A stretch of 64,000 bases of DNA from Vampirovibrionales bacterium. GTDB lineage: Bacteria > Cyanobacteriota > Vampirovibrionia > Vampirovibrionales > JAJTHC01. Numbering within the stretch: the stretch's first letter is position 1; each line of letters opens with the position of its first letter. A model generated the notes under the pieces. It was not told the DNA's origin. It saw only the letters and a list, made by a program, of their open reading frames with translations, and ran no database searches. The stretch is taken from contig JAYKHY010000029.1 in the NCBI GenBank assembly GCA_035285025.1, forward strand, positions 10,955-74,954, written 5' to 3'. Shown piece by piece: positions 19,197 to 28,882 of this stretch. The position numbers and the translations under genes were made by a program.

Positions 19197-20960
19197 TTAA
19201 TCCCCTAAAGTGGGGCCCAAAACGCGGGTGACTTCGTCAATCGAGGTGATGCCTTCGAGCACTTTTTCGCGGCCAGCTGCGGCAAGGGTTTTCATGCCTG
19301 TATTCACGGCGGTGTCTTCAAGTTCAAGGTCCGAGCGACTCTGGCCAATCATCTGCCTTAATTCGCGGTCTACGACCATGATTTCGTAAAGCCCGCAGCG
19401 GCCGGTGTAGCCGCTCCCGCCGCAGAGTTCGCACCCTTTGGCCTTATAAAGCGTATAACGATTCTGTTGCGCCGGTTTATCGTAGGGCAGTAATAGCTGT
19501 TTATGCGTCTCGCTGGCTTCGTAGGGCTCTTTGCACTGGCTGCATAGGGTTCTTACCAAGCGTTGCGCAATTACACCGCGTAGCGCCGAGGCCACCAGGT
19601 TTGGCGGCGCACCCATTTGTACCATCCGCGTTACCGAGGCCGAGGTGGTGTTACTGTGAATGGTGCTAAACACCAAGTGGCCTGTAAGCGCCGCGTGAAT
19701 GGCGGCTTCCAGGGTTTCTTCGTCCCGGATTTCACCCACCATGATGACGTCTGGATCTTGACGCAGTAAGGCTCTTAAACTCGAGGCAAAGGTAAAATCG
19801 GCCTTGGTGTTAACTTGCGATTGGTTCAGGCCTTCGATGGTTAATTCGATGGGGTCTTCAACGGTGGCGATGTTGCGATCTTCGGAGTTGATTTGATGCA
19901 ACATGGTATACAGCGTTGTGGTTTTACCCGAACCCGTTGGGCCGCTGACCAGAACAATACCGTACGGAGCGCTGTAGAGGTACTCCAGCTTTTCGGTATC
20001 GACTTCATCAAAGCCCAGTTCGGCAAAACTGGTAATGTTTTTAGAGGGTCTTAAAATCCTGATAACGATTTTTTCGCGATTGACCGACACCGGCATGGTG
20101 TTTACCCGCAGGTTATATTCGGTACCCCGGTATTTAAGCGTAATCCGGCCATCTTGCGGGCGGCGGTGCTCGGCAATATCGAGTTTGGCCATAACTTTAA
20201 TGCGGGTAATAAAGCTGGCTTCCATCGATTGCGGAATGGTTAAAATGGTTTTTAAAATCCCATCGGTTCTAAAGCGCACCTGAATTTGATCTTTTCTGGG
20301 TTCGGCGTGAACGTCGCTTGCGCCCTGAGCAATGGCTTCTTCGAGCAGGGAGTTGACCAGCTTAACCAGGGGGTTGTTGGGATCCGAGGCCTCCTGCTCC
20401 TGACGGAGCATTTCGAGCTGCCCCCCAGAATTGGCGTTAGCGTCATTGGCCGAAAGCACTTCCAGCAAAGAATCCGCAGAGCGGTTGCTGAGGTGTTTTT
20501 TATAAAACTGCTGAAAATCATATTGCGTGGTCACCACGCTCAGCGGACGCATGCCGGTAACAAAGGTAATCTCGTCAATCACGGTTCGGTCGTTAGGGTC
20601 GACCATTGCTACCACCAACCGCCCCGAGGCATTGGTAATGGGAATCACCTGTTTATCGTGGATAATCTCGTCGGGCAGCAGCTCCAGGGTCTGCTTATCA
20701 ATGACCATTTCGGAGATGTTAACGTAGCGCAAGCCAAACTGGCGGCCCAGTGCGGCACCCAGATCTTCTCGGGTGATTTTGCCTTTTTTAACCAATATTT
20801 CGCCAATTTGCACGCCGGCTTCTTTTGATTCAACCAATGCAACTTTCATGTCTGCTTCGGTCACCAAACCCATGTCAATCAGCACTTCACCCAATCGCTT
20901 GCGAGCGGGCTGCGCCGTTTGGCTGATTGGCGGTGTGTTTTTTGATGGGTCCGCGAGCAT
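19197..20960 (-). CDS. Type II secretion / type IV pilus assembly ATPase (GspE/PilB family)
   Basis: It carries the Walker A motif GPTGSGKTTTLY and a tetracysteine motif CSQC…CELCGGSGYTGR. The N-terminal GSPII_E_N-like domain resembles the N-domains of PilB and T2SS GspE. Confidence 0.9.
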   Translation of the reverse strand: MLADPSKNTPPISQTAQPARKRLGEVLIDMGLVTEADMKVALVESKEAGVQIGEILVKKGKITREDLGAALGRQFGLRYVNISEMVIDKQTLELLPDEIIHDKQVIPITNASGRLVVAMVDPNDRTVIDEITFVTGMRPLSVVTTQYDFQQFYKKHLSNRSADSLLEVLSANDANANSGGQLEMLRQEQEASDPNNPLVKLVNSLLEEAIAQGASDVHAEPRKDQIQVRFRTDGILKTILTIPQSMEASFITRIKVMAKLDIAEHRRPQDGRITLKYRGTEYNLRVNTMPVSVNREKIVIRILRPSKNITSFAELGFDEVDTEKLEYLYSAPYGIVLVSGPTGSGKTTTLYTMLHQINSEDRNIATVEDPIELTIEGLNQSQVNTKADFTFASSLRALLRQDPDVIMVGEIRDEETLEAAIHAALTGHLVFSTIHSNTTSASVTRMVQMGAPPNLVASALRGVIAQRLVRTLCSQCKEPYEASETHKQLLLPYDKPAQQNRYTLYKAKGCELCGGSGYTGRCGLYEIMVVDRELRQMIGQSRSDLELEDTAVNTGMKTLAAAGREKVLEGITSIDEVTRVLGPTLGD

Positions 20961-21019
20961 TGATGACTTTCCGGTTAAGGCGGGTTATGTACCACGGGTT
21001 TCCTGATTTTTATTTATCA

Positions 21020-22972
21020 TTACGACTCGGATGCGGATCGGATTCGCGTTTTAGCCGAGGGCTTAATTGTTGACTCTGCCGGTAGCAAGGGCAGTGCCGA
21101 CAAGGGTAATCCGGTTTTATTAGGCAATTTTTCGGGTAGCGTACTTGTTTTTACAACATCCGCGGCTGGCAGCACATTATTGGGCAGCCTACCGGCGGGG
21201 TTTGCCGGTAAGGTTCTTGTGGACGCGGTGTTCGTTGTTTCGGGCACTTGTACCAGGTTCGGTTGGTAGGCAATGGCTTCTTCCTTCACGATGTGCGGCG
21301 TTACCATAATTACCAGCTCGGTCTTTTCGGACTGACGACTGGTTGAAGCCCGTAACATTGCCCCCACAATGGGCAGATCCGAGAGCCCCGGAACTTTTTC
21401 AAGCGTCTGAAGATTCCGTTCTCGTAGCAGACCGCCAATCACAAGTGTTTGGCCATCCCGAACACGCGCCGCGTTTAGCGTCAGGCTTCGGGTCGAAATG
21501 AGCGGCACGGTCGTGGGAGCATCACTACTGCCGCCCGTCACCGTACCTGCCAGTTCATTGATCGTCGGGGTCATTCTCAGCGTCACCGAGCCATCATTGG
21601 TAATAGTCGGGGTCACATTAAGCGAAATCCCCACGTTTTGTTTTTCGACGGTGGTTGTAATCACGGCAGCCGTGCCGGCAACCGTGGTGCCCGTACTAAA
21701 CGTGGCCACTTCATCCGAAATATTAATCACGGATTCCTGCCCGTCCATCGCCAGGATATTAGGATTCGCCAGAATCCGCCCGCCATTCTCGATTTGTTGC
21801 ATCGTCAGGCTAATCGTGGGGAGTCTGAACCGTGTATTGAGTCCGCTATTAAACCCAAAGTTGGTAATCCCGCTTGAGACCGAATCAGCGGAACTGGGAA
21901 GCAAAAACGTCCCCCCAAAATTGCCCGAGGCCAGATTGCCGATGCGCGGCTCAAAGGTTTTATTCTTGCCTAGACGAACCTCGACCAGAGCAATCTCAAT
22001 ACTCACCTGTGGGCGACGCACATCAACCCTGCCAATGTAACCATCGACCAAGGCCAGTTGTTCGGCCGTGCCCATTATGGTCAGCGTGCCACTTACAGGG
22101 TCAGGAACAAACGTAACACCACTAGCGGTAAAGCCTGGCACCCCGTTCGCGCCTGAAGCACCTGCAGCGCCTGAAGCACCTGCAGCGCCTGCACCACCTG
22201 CTGCGCCTACACCAAAATTAAACAGGGTTGCCGCAAGCATTTGGGCCACATGTACAGGTTCATTGTATTTAATTTGGTAGACTCGACGATTTCTGGGGAC
22301 ATCGAGCTGCCGCAGCACTTTGTCGACCAGTTGAATATCACTTTCGCTCCCCAGCACCAACACCGAATTGCTTGACGGGTCGGCCGAGGCCACGGCTGAA
22401 CGATTAACGCCGGGCTGTGTACTTTTGAACACCGTATTATTAAGCTGCGTCGCGGTTTCGTTCGCATCTTTATACAGCACAGGGAACGCCTTGAAGACCT
22501 GATTAATCAGTTTTTTCTCCTCGGCCGCTTCAAAGCCGGCAACCATAATGGTGTTGCCGGTGCGGTTATAAGTCAGGCTGGTCGAGGTAAAAATGTATTC
22601 CAGGGCTTTGTTAATGCTCACATTCTCAAGGTCAACGGTCAGTTCGCCCTGTACAGATGGATCGAGCAGGATATTAAACCCGCCTTGCTCAGCCAGAATA
22701 TAGAGCAAATCGCGAATGCTGGCGTTTCGGGCTTTAAGCGTTACATTGGCCCCTTCTTTGGCAATGTTAATGGGCTGCACAATCGAAATCTTGCCGGTGA
22801 GCGCCGTATTGCTCTGCGTCGCTGCTGAGCCTGCCGACGCTGGCGTGTAGGCATACGTTTCAGCAGCGCTCAACGGCAGACTTAAGCAAAATTGCCCCAG
22901 GCAAAACGTTGCAGCAAGCGTGTAGGCCTTGAGTGTATTTAGCCGTGGCTGTGGGCGATGCGTATGTTTCAT
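21020..22972 (-). CDS. Secretin (GspD/PilQ family) outer-membrane channel
   Basis: The C-terminal secretin motif VPGLSDLPIVGAMLRAST…ELVIMVTPHIV is present, along with N0/STN-like and N-domain repeats and a signal peptide. I trimmed the start to the Met at 22972 (MKHTHRP…), which precedes the signal peptide. Confidence 0.85.
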   Translation of the reverse strand: MKHTHRPQPRLNTLKAYTLAATFCLGQFCLSLPLSAAETYAYTPASAGSAATQSNTALTGKISIVQPINIAKEGANVTLKARNASIRDLLYILAEQGGFNILLDPSVQGELTVDLENVSINKALEYIFTSTSLTYNRTGNTIMVAGFEAAEEKKLINQVFKAFPVLYKDANETATQLNNTVFKSTQPGVNRSAVASADPSSNSVLVLGSESDIQLVDKVLRQLDVPRNRRVYQIKYNEPVHVAQMLAATLFNFGVGAAGGAGAAGASGAAGASGANGVPGFTASGVTFVPDPVSGTLTIMGTAEQLALVDGYIGRVDVRRPQVSIEIALVEVRLGKNKTFEPRIGNLASGNFGGTFLLPSSADSVSSGITNFGFNSGLNTRFRLPTISLTMQQIENGGRILANPNILAMDGQESVINISDEVATFSTGTTVAGTAAVITTTVEKQNVGISLNVTPTITNDGSVTLRMTPTINELAGTVTGGSSDAPTTVPLISTRSLTLNAARVRDGQTLVIGGLLRERNLQTLEKVPGLSDLPIVGAMLRASTSRQSEKTELVIMVTPHIVKEEAIAYQPNLVQVPETTNTASTRTLPANPAGRLPNNVLPAADVVKTSTLPEKLPNKTGLPLSALPLLPAESTIKPSAKTRIRSASES

Positions 22973-23030
22973 CAGGGTCAACTTTCCTAAATTAAGGTTG
23001 TATGCGTTCAAAAAAATCAGTAAAATCATG

Positions 23031-23909
23031 TTATTTAAGAATGTCATCCAGACTTAACGTGTCGTTTTCGTCGCTTTTGTCTCCGCTGTTGCTATCTTTG
23101 CCTTGCGAGGCACGCTCTTGTGCGCTGGGAGCGTTACCCGAGGAACCATCTGTGCTGGTGGCAAATCCGATAATGTTCTCGATTTCAAGCGTCTGCCGCT
23201 CGCTTGGGTTTGTTGCACGGGCTATAACGACTTGTTTGGGCAGAATGGAAACCACTTTAAAATCCGAGAAGACTTCTCCGGCCTTTACCAGGTGTGTTTC
23301 ATCGTTCGCGACAAAAATGGCCATGGGCTTTTGCGGGTTATAAACAATGCTCTTGAGGTTCACGCTTGAAAAATCGGTTACCGTAACCTCGGGCGTGCCA
23401 TCCTTGGCGCCGAATTGAGTTTCGGGCGTTGAGTTGGGGGCATCGCCCTGTTTTTGGTCGTCCGCAGCTTTTTCGTCATCCTCTGCCACCACCGCATTGG
23501 GCGAAAAGAACGGGTCTTTGTATCCACTGGCCAGCAAATCATTCAGGCTTAAAAACGCCAGCGCTTCCTTGCTCTCTTGCTTCTCAGGGGTTTCTTTTTT
23601 TTCTGGCGTATTGACGCGAGCACTCGGGGTTAAGCCGGTTGCCGCAGTCGGTAAAGGCGGTTTGGTGGACTTCGAGTTGGTATCAGAGGCTTTAGGTACG
23701 TTAGGCGTTGTCGCAGGGGGAGGATTGTCTGACTTGACCGGGGCCTGTACATTAGCGTTCACGCTTGGCTTATTTGCTTTGGGGCCTTGTACTCCTGGCA
23801 ACGGCGGAAGTGCAGCACAGCCACAGAGCCAGGGCAAAACCATAAAACACGCTAGTGTTTGGGCTAACGTGCTAACGGTAAGCGATGAATGATTGTTCCG
23901 ACGATTCAC
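23031..23909 (-). CDS. Pro-rich lipoprotein, possibly GspC/PilP-like, encoded immediately upstream of the secretin
   Basis: It has a signal/lipobox-like N-terminus (VLPWLCGCA) and a long Pro/Thr/Lys linker. Its C-terminal beta-rich domain (VKAGEVFSDFKVVSILPKQVVIA) is PilP/GspC-like. Confidence 0.4.
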   Translation of the reverse strand: MNRRNNHSSLTVSTLAQTLACFMVLPWLCGCAALPPLPGVQGPKANKPSVNANVQAPVKSDNPPPATTPNVPKASDTNSKSTKPPLPTAATGLTPSARVNTPEKKETPEKQESKEALAFLSLNDLLASGYKDPFFSPNAVVAEDDEKAADDQKQGDAPNSTPETQFGAKDGTPEVTVTDFSSVNLKSIVYNPQKPMAIFVANDETHLVKAGEVFSDFKVVSILPKQVVIARATNPSERQTLEIENIIGFATSTDGSSGNAPSAQERASQGKDSNSGDKSDENDTLSLDDILK

Positions 23910-24150
23910 GAGCGGGCTCCGGCAAAATAATTGGCCGCAGTTAAACGGTTTACGGTGTAAGCGATGTTTTAGTGGGGTTCGAGAAGCCTAAAACGCGCCA
24001 ATTTTAAATACACAGCAAAATTGTAACGATTTTGTCGCGTCTACCGCTCCCCTAGCCAGTTGATTTTATTTTTTGCCTTGATTTAAAAAGACGAGCGTTT
24101 TTTTGATCTACGCTTGTACAAAGCTCGTTTGAAGAGATGATTTTTTTGCG

Positions 24151-25545
24151 ATGATGATTCTTCCAGTCGAAACTGCCCCAACCTCAGCCCCAACCGTTGA
24201 CCCAATCGCGGCAAGCCCTGCCGAATCGGGCACCGCGCCACGTAAAATTGGCTTTGTGCATATGGGCTGCGCCAAAAACCTGGTAGATACCGAGACCATG
24301 TTGGGGCTTTTGGCCAAAGAGGGCCACCAGATTATGCAGGACGAGCAAGAGGCCGACGTTGTGCTGGTCAACACCTGCGCGTTTATCGAAAAGGCTCAGG
24401 AAGAATCTGTTGAAGCCCTTGCGACGCTTGCAGAACAAGGTAAAAAACTACTCATTACCGGCTGCCTGGCTCAAAAATTTCAGGGCGAACTCCTGGAACT
24501 TTTCCCCGAGGCGGAAGCCGTCGTGGGCATTGATCAAGTGCCAGACATTGCCAGCATCGTCCAGCGAAGCAGCGCGGGCGAGCGCGTGCTAGCCATTCAG
24601 CAAGACCCGACGTATTTACTGCACGATGATAGCGCACGCCAGCACATAACATTGGGCAGTTGGGCGTACCTTAAAATCGCCGAGGGCTGCGATTACCGCT
24701 GCACGTTTTGTATTATTCCTACCATGCGCGGCGATTTCAGGAGCCGGCCCATTCAAAACGTGGTAGAAAGCGCAACAAAAATGGCAGAATCAGGCGGGGT
24801 CAGCGAGCTGATTCTGGTGGGGCAGGATACCACCAGTTACGGCAAGGATCACGGCGAATCCCTGGCGGAATTGCTCTATGCGCTAAATGAAATCGAGGCG
24901 CTTAGCTGGATTCGGTTTTTATACGCCTACCCTACAAATGTTTCGGATGAGCTGTTAACCGCAATTGCGCAGTGCGACAAAGTGGTTAAAACGCTCGATT
25001 GCCCGTTGCAGCATAGCCATCCAGAGATGTTAAAGCGCATGGGCCGCCCGGTGACAGATTTGCCCGCGTTTGCCGAGCGGATTCGCAGTAAAATTCCTAA
25101 CGTGATGTTGCGAACCACGTTTATTGCAGGGTTTCCGGGCGAAACCGAGGCGCATGTAGAACATTTGGCGCAAACCCTTGAAGAGGTCAAGTTTGAGCGC
25201 ATGGGCGTCTTTGAATATTCGGACGTGGATACCGCTGCAAGCCAAAACCTGGATTTAAAAGTGCCTAAACGAGACATCAAAGCCCGTCGAAACCGTTTGA
25301 TGGCCGTTCAACAGCAGATTTCATACGGGGTGCATCAGGCGCTGGTGGGGCAAACCGTACCCGTAATGATTGATTTTGCCCGGGATAATGGCCTGTTGCA
25401 GGGTCGAACCCAGTGGGACGCCCCAGAAGTTGACCCTGTTGTCACCGTTAAATCGCGCAATGCAGCCTCAAGGCCTTCGCCCGGGCAGATTATTCCGGTT
25501 AAAATCACCGGGGCCAGTCCGTACGATTTACGAGGCGAGGCCTAG
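24151..25545 (+). CDS. rimO: Ribosomal protein S12 methylthiotransferase
   Basis: An N-terminal MTTase domain (IGFVHMGCAKNLVDTE) is followed by the radical-SAM motif CDYRCTFCIIP and a C-terminal TRAM domain. Confidence 0.85.
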   Translation: MMILPVETAPTSAPTVDPIAASPAESGTAPRKIGFVHMGCAKNLVDTETMLGLLAKEGHQIMQDEQEADVVLVNTCAFIEKAQEESVEALATLAEQGKKLLITGCLAQKFQGELLELFPEAEAVVGIDQVPDIASIVQRSSAGERVLAIQQDPTYLLHDDSARQHITLGSWAYLKIAEGCDYRCTFCIIPTMRGDFRSRPIQNVVESATKMAESGGVSELILVGQDTTSYGKDHGESLAELLYALNEIEALSWIRFLYAYPTNVSDELLTAIAQCDKVVKTLDCPLQHSHPEMLKRMGRPVTDLPAFAERIRSKIPNVMLRTTFIAGFPGETEAHVEHLAQTLEEVKFERMGVFEYSDVDTAASQNLDLKVPKRDIKARRNRLMAVQQQISYGVHQALVGQTVPVMIDFARDNGLLQGRTQWDAPEVDPVVTVKSRNAASRPSPGQIIPVKITGASPYDLRGEA

Positions 25546-25676
25546 CAGCAATTTAGATGTTAAGGTCTGTTGCTAATTGCTTTTAACCCGTATTGCCTTA
25601 ATTGCGCTATACTGGCAAAGCCATTTGTTATAGCTTTTAGAACTTTTTTAAGACAGGGAGTAGCGTTTAAGTCACC

Positions 25677-26036
25677 ATGAGTGCAGTTGTAATCATTGGC
25701 CGGTTGGGCCAGGACCCCGAAGTCAAATACTTTGAATCTGGCAGCGTTAAAGCAACCTTGTCGGTTGCCGTGGACCGCGGCTTTAAAGAAAACAAAACCA
25801 CGGACTGGTTTAGAGTCGAAGCCTGGGGCAAGCTTGCCGAAATTGCGGGCGAGTACATGAAAAAAGGCACGTTGGTCTCGATTAATGGATCGCTCGAAGT
25901 CCAGCGTTGGAACGATCAATCGGGTAACGAGCGCGAAATGCCGGTGATTCGCGCCGAAAACATCCAGATGGAAGGCAGCAAGCGCGACAACGAGCAAGCC
26001 GCCGGCAGAACCTCTGGTGAGTTTGCGCCTTTTTAA
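25677..26036 (+). CDS. ssb: Single-stranded DNA-binding protein (short form)
   Basis: The OB-fold pattern IIGRLGQDPEVKY…WFRVEAWGKLAE matches SSB. The protein is only 119 aa, with a short tail ending …EFAPF. Confidence 0.85.
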   Translation: MSAVVIIGRLGQDPEVKYFESGSVKATLSVAVDRGFKENKTTDWFRVEAWGKLAEIAGEYMKKGTLVSINGSLEVQRWNDQSGNEREMPVIRAENIQMEGSKRDNEQAAGRTSGEFAPF

Positions 26037-26171
26037 ACAAAACAATTACCAATTTAAAGCTTGATTAAGGGCTTTAAAACTTACGCGCGGCCACAGGTTT
26101 AAAATTTAGACGTTAAGCCGCGCGCTTAACTTGTTTTAAAGTGAATTGGGTATAGACGAGATTTTACTGCT

Positions 26172-27170
26172 ATGCTGCGCCTTATTGCTGTTAGGATTTT
26201 GGCCTGCCTAGGGGCGTTTACACTGTTTTTAGGCTCGCAAGCCTTCGCCGAATCAGGTATAAATGCGGATTTGTGTATGGCTAGCGAGCCTGGCTTGAGC
26301 AAAGCGCGCACAGGTATAGCCTGGCTGTACATTCACGGTGTCGAAAACCGTGATGAAGCCTATTTTTTAACGCATGCCAAAGCCATACACCGCGAGCTGA
26401 TACGTAAAAGCAACGCGTATACGTTTTTTGGTAAACCCGTGGCGTGCCAGTTTGGCTACGTGTACTGGGGCGATTTAGCGGGCGGCGTTCAGGGTAAAAT
26501 TGCCGAAAAAAACCAGATCAGCAGCCGCAGCATTATGGCCTCTGGCTTGGCGCGTACTGCTAAAGCCAGCCCGCCAGGTGCATTTGAAAGTCGGCAATTG
26601 CTACACCAGTTTAGCCACGATGCCATTTGGTATTTGACCAATCCGGCGCATCAGACGGCGATTAACGCGCGGGTTGTCTCGGTTTACGAGCGCCTAAACG
26701 ACCTAAACGGCATCGAGGGTACGGTGCTGGCGGGTCATAGTCTGGGGAGTGTGATTGCGCTTAAAACCATTACCATGGCCATCGATCAGAGCGCGAAAAC
26801 ACGCGACCAGTTAGCCGGCTTGGTGACATATGGTAGCCCGGTGACAACGTTGTTAAGCGCAGAGCTTGAGCAAAAATTGGCCGAGCGTAAAAAGCATTTT
26901 AGCTTTTTTAACAAGCCCGATCCGACGCCCAAGCCCTGGATTAACGTAATGTATGGCGCAGACCCGGTGGCATCGGGCGTTTATGGCGGATTCTCCCGGT
27001 TTCCGGAGGCGTTTACGTTTTCTATCGCCGATGCGACGATGACGGTGAACGCCCTGGGTACCGTAGGTGGCTTTTTCTCGGGAAAAATTAGTCCGCATGC
27101 CGCTTATAGCAACTATCCGCAGGCGTTTGTAAGCAGTTTAAAGGTAGGCCAAAAAGTGATGAGCAAGTAG
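26172..27170 (+). CDS. Secreted alpha/beta-hydrolase (putative lipase/esterase)
   Basis: It has a signal peptide (…GSQAFA) and the nucleophile-elbow motif GHSLGS. I see no similarity to a defined lipase family beyond this. Confidence 0.5.
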   Translation: MLRLIAVRILACLGAFTLFLGSQAFAESGINADLCMASEPGLSKARTGIAWLYIHGVENRDEAYFLTHAKAIHRELIRKSNAYTFFGKPVACQFGYVYWGDLAGGVQGKIAEKNQISSRSIMASGLARTAKASPPGAFESRQLLHQFSHDAIWYLTNPAHQTAINARVVSVYERLNDLNGIEGTVLAGHSLGSVIALKTITMAIDQSAKTRDQLAGLVTYGSPVTTLLSAELEQKLAERKKHFSFFNKPDPTPKPWINVMYGADPVASGVYGGFSRFPEAFTFSIADATMTVNALGTVGGFFSGKISPHAAYSNYPQAFVSSLKVGQKVMSK

Positions 27171-27340
27171 AGTGTAAACTTTGTTGGAGTCTGAGCAGTC
27201 CTGAGCGTTGCAATGCTGTAATTCCCAGCCAGTCGGGCATCTGCTTGTTCCAGAGGTTCATTGAAAACAGCTTTTTTCGGTTCGATTTTTGGCTAGCGCT
27301 TTTACCTTCATTCAGGTTCAGGCTACAATCTGGGGTAGCT

Positions 27341-28882
27341 ATGCGCGTGCCTGATTTAACCTTGGGAATAGTTGCTGACGACCTGACCGGCGCCGGCGAC
27401 ACAGCCCTGCCGTTTTTTCTGGATAGGCGTGATACCGTCGTGCTGGCGAGTCGAGACTGGGCTGATGCCCTGGATAATTTTGCTGCGCAAGGCGGGCTTG
27501 CTGATTCAGACGTTGCGTTAGCAAAAGCATGGGTGCTTAACACGCAATCCAGGCATAGTTCGGCTGCAACCGCCGCCGAAATTACGGCTGATGCGTTTAA
27601 ACTGCTTAAAAGCCGGCTTAATTGCGATTTGTACTATAAAAAAATCGATTCTACGCTGCGCGGGCACGTTGCGGCAGAGTGCCTGGCTGCTGTTGAAGCG
27701 CTGGAGGCCGATTGTGGCGTTATCGTGCCTGCCTTCCCAGAGCAGGGCCGCCAAACCGTAGGCGGTTACCAGTTGGTGCACGGCATACCGCTCGAGCGCT
27801 CCGATGTTGCGCGCGACCCGCTGGCGCCCATGGGGCAAACATACGTGCCTAAAATTCTGGCCGATGATTTGATTCGACACCACGGTGAGGGCGCGGATAA
27901 TTTATTGGGGTATGTGCCGCTGGGTACGGTATTGCATGGTGCAGGCCCGATTTTAATGGCGCTGCAAGCGCAGGCCGAAGCCGGAAAAAAGCTGGTGCTG
28001 GTTGATGCCGCCACGACCGAGGATTTAAATCAAATTGCGCTCGCGCTCGAAAAATCCAGAAAAAACCTGTCGATTTTGCCGTGCGGTGCGGGCGGGCTCG
28101 CGAATGCGCTGATTCGGCATTGGCCCACAGGTAGTACAACGCCTCTGGTGCAAGAGTCCGGCGATCTGCAAAAAGACTTGCTGCGAAAACGTGAGTTATA
28201 CAAGGGCGAGCTAAAAAATAACGAGCTTAAAAATCACGAGCTCGAAGATTGGCCTTGGCCAAGCCCGGCAGGTGCAGACGAATTTTTGCCCACGCTGCTG
28301 GTAGTGGGCAGTTACAGCCGGGTTACGCAGATTCAGCTGGAGGCGCTGCTGGCACGGCGCAGGCAGGCTGGGCAACCGATTACCTTTATTGGGCTTTCTC
28401 CCAGGCAGATTCTAGGCCTGAGCCCTACGCAACCCACCGTTGATACGCTGGCGTTGGCGCTTAACCGGGGTCAGTTGGCGGTGGTGTCTACGGTGGTTCC
28501 GACTGAGTTGCCCAGCCACCCCGAAGTTGATCAGAACACCTACGAAGAGACGCTTAAACTGGCCGAAGAAAACGAGATCAGCGTTTGGGACGCAAAACTA
28601 ATGGCGCAAAACACCCTGGCGCAAGTGGTTAAAGCTGTGCTAGACGCTCAGCCAGCCCGATTATTGATTTGTGGCGGCGAGACAAGTTACCGCGTGTTTG
28701 AGGCGATTGGTGGCAAAGCGTTTTGTTTGGCCGGCCAACTGGCCCCGCAAGTACCTTTGTGTCTCGAAAAACGTCAAAATCTTCCCGAACGCTGGATTGT
28801 CACCAAATCTGGCGGGTTTGGCCCGCCGGAGCTGCTGATTGATATTCTGGATAAGCTCAACAAGATACAGGCGCTCAAATGA
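27341..28882 (+). CDS. Four-carbon acid sugar kinase family protein (DUF1537/OtnK-like) with an internal low-complexity insertion
   Basis: The N-terminal IVADDLTGAGDTA motif is typical of the YgbK/OtnK family. It contains an in-frame 15-bp repeat encoding ELKNNELKNHELE. Its stop overlaps the rfbB start (ATGATG). Confidence 0.6.
   Translation: MRVPDLTLGIVADDLTGAGDTALPFFLDRRDTVVLASRDWADALDNFAAQGGLADSDVALAKAWVLNTQSRHSSAATAAEITADAFKLLKSRLNCDLYYKKIDSTLRGHVAAECLAAVEALEADCGVIVPAFPEQGRQTVGGYQLVHGIPLERSDVARDPLAPMGQTYVPKILADDLIRHHGEGADNLLGYVPLGTVLHGAGPILMALQAQAEAGKKLVLVDAATTEDLNQIALALEKSRKNLSILPCGAGGLANALIRHWPTGSTTPLVQESGDLQKDLLRKRELYKGELKNNELKNHELEDWPWPSPAGADEFLPTLLVVGSYSRVTQIQLEALLARRRQAGQPITFIGLSPRQILGLSPTQPTVDTLALALNRGQLAVVSTVVPTELPSHPEVDQNTYEETLKLAEENEISVWDAKLMAQNTLAQVVKAVLDAQPARLLICGGETSYRVFEAIGGKAFCLAGQLAPQVPLCLEKRQNLPERWIVTKSGGFGPPELLIDILDKLNKIQALK

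Noticed and set aside
23434-23892. 152-aa plus-strand ORF opposite the pilP/gspC-like gene
   Set aside because: It is an antisense ORF. The minus-strand reading has a signal/lipobox N-terminus and is contiguous with the secretin operon.
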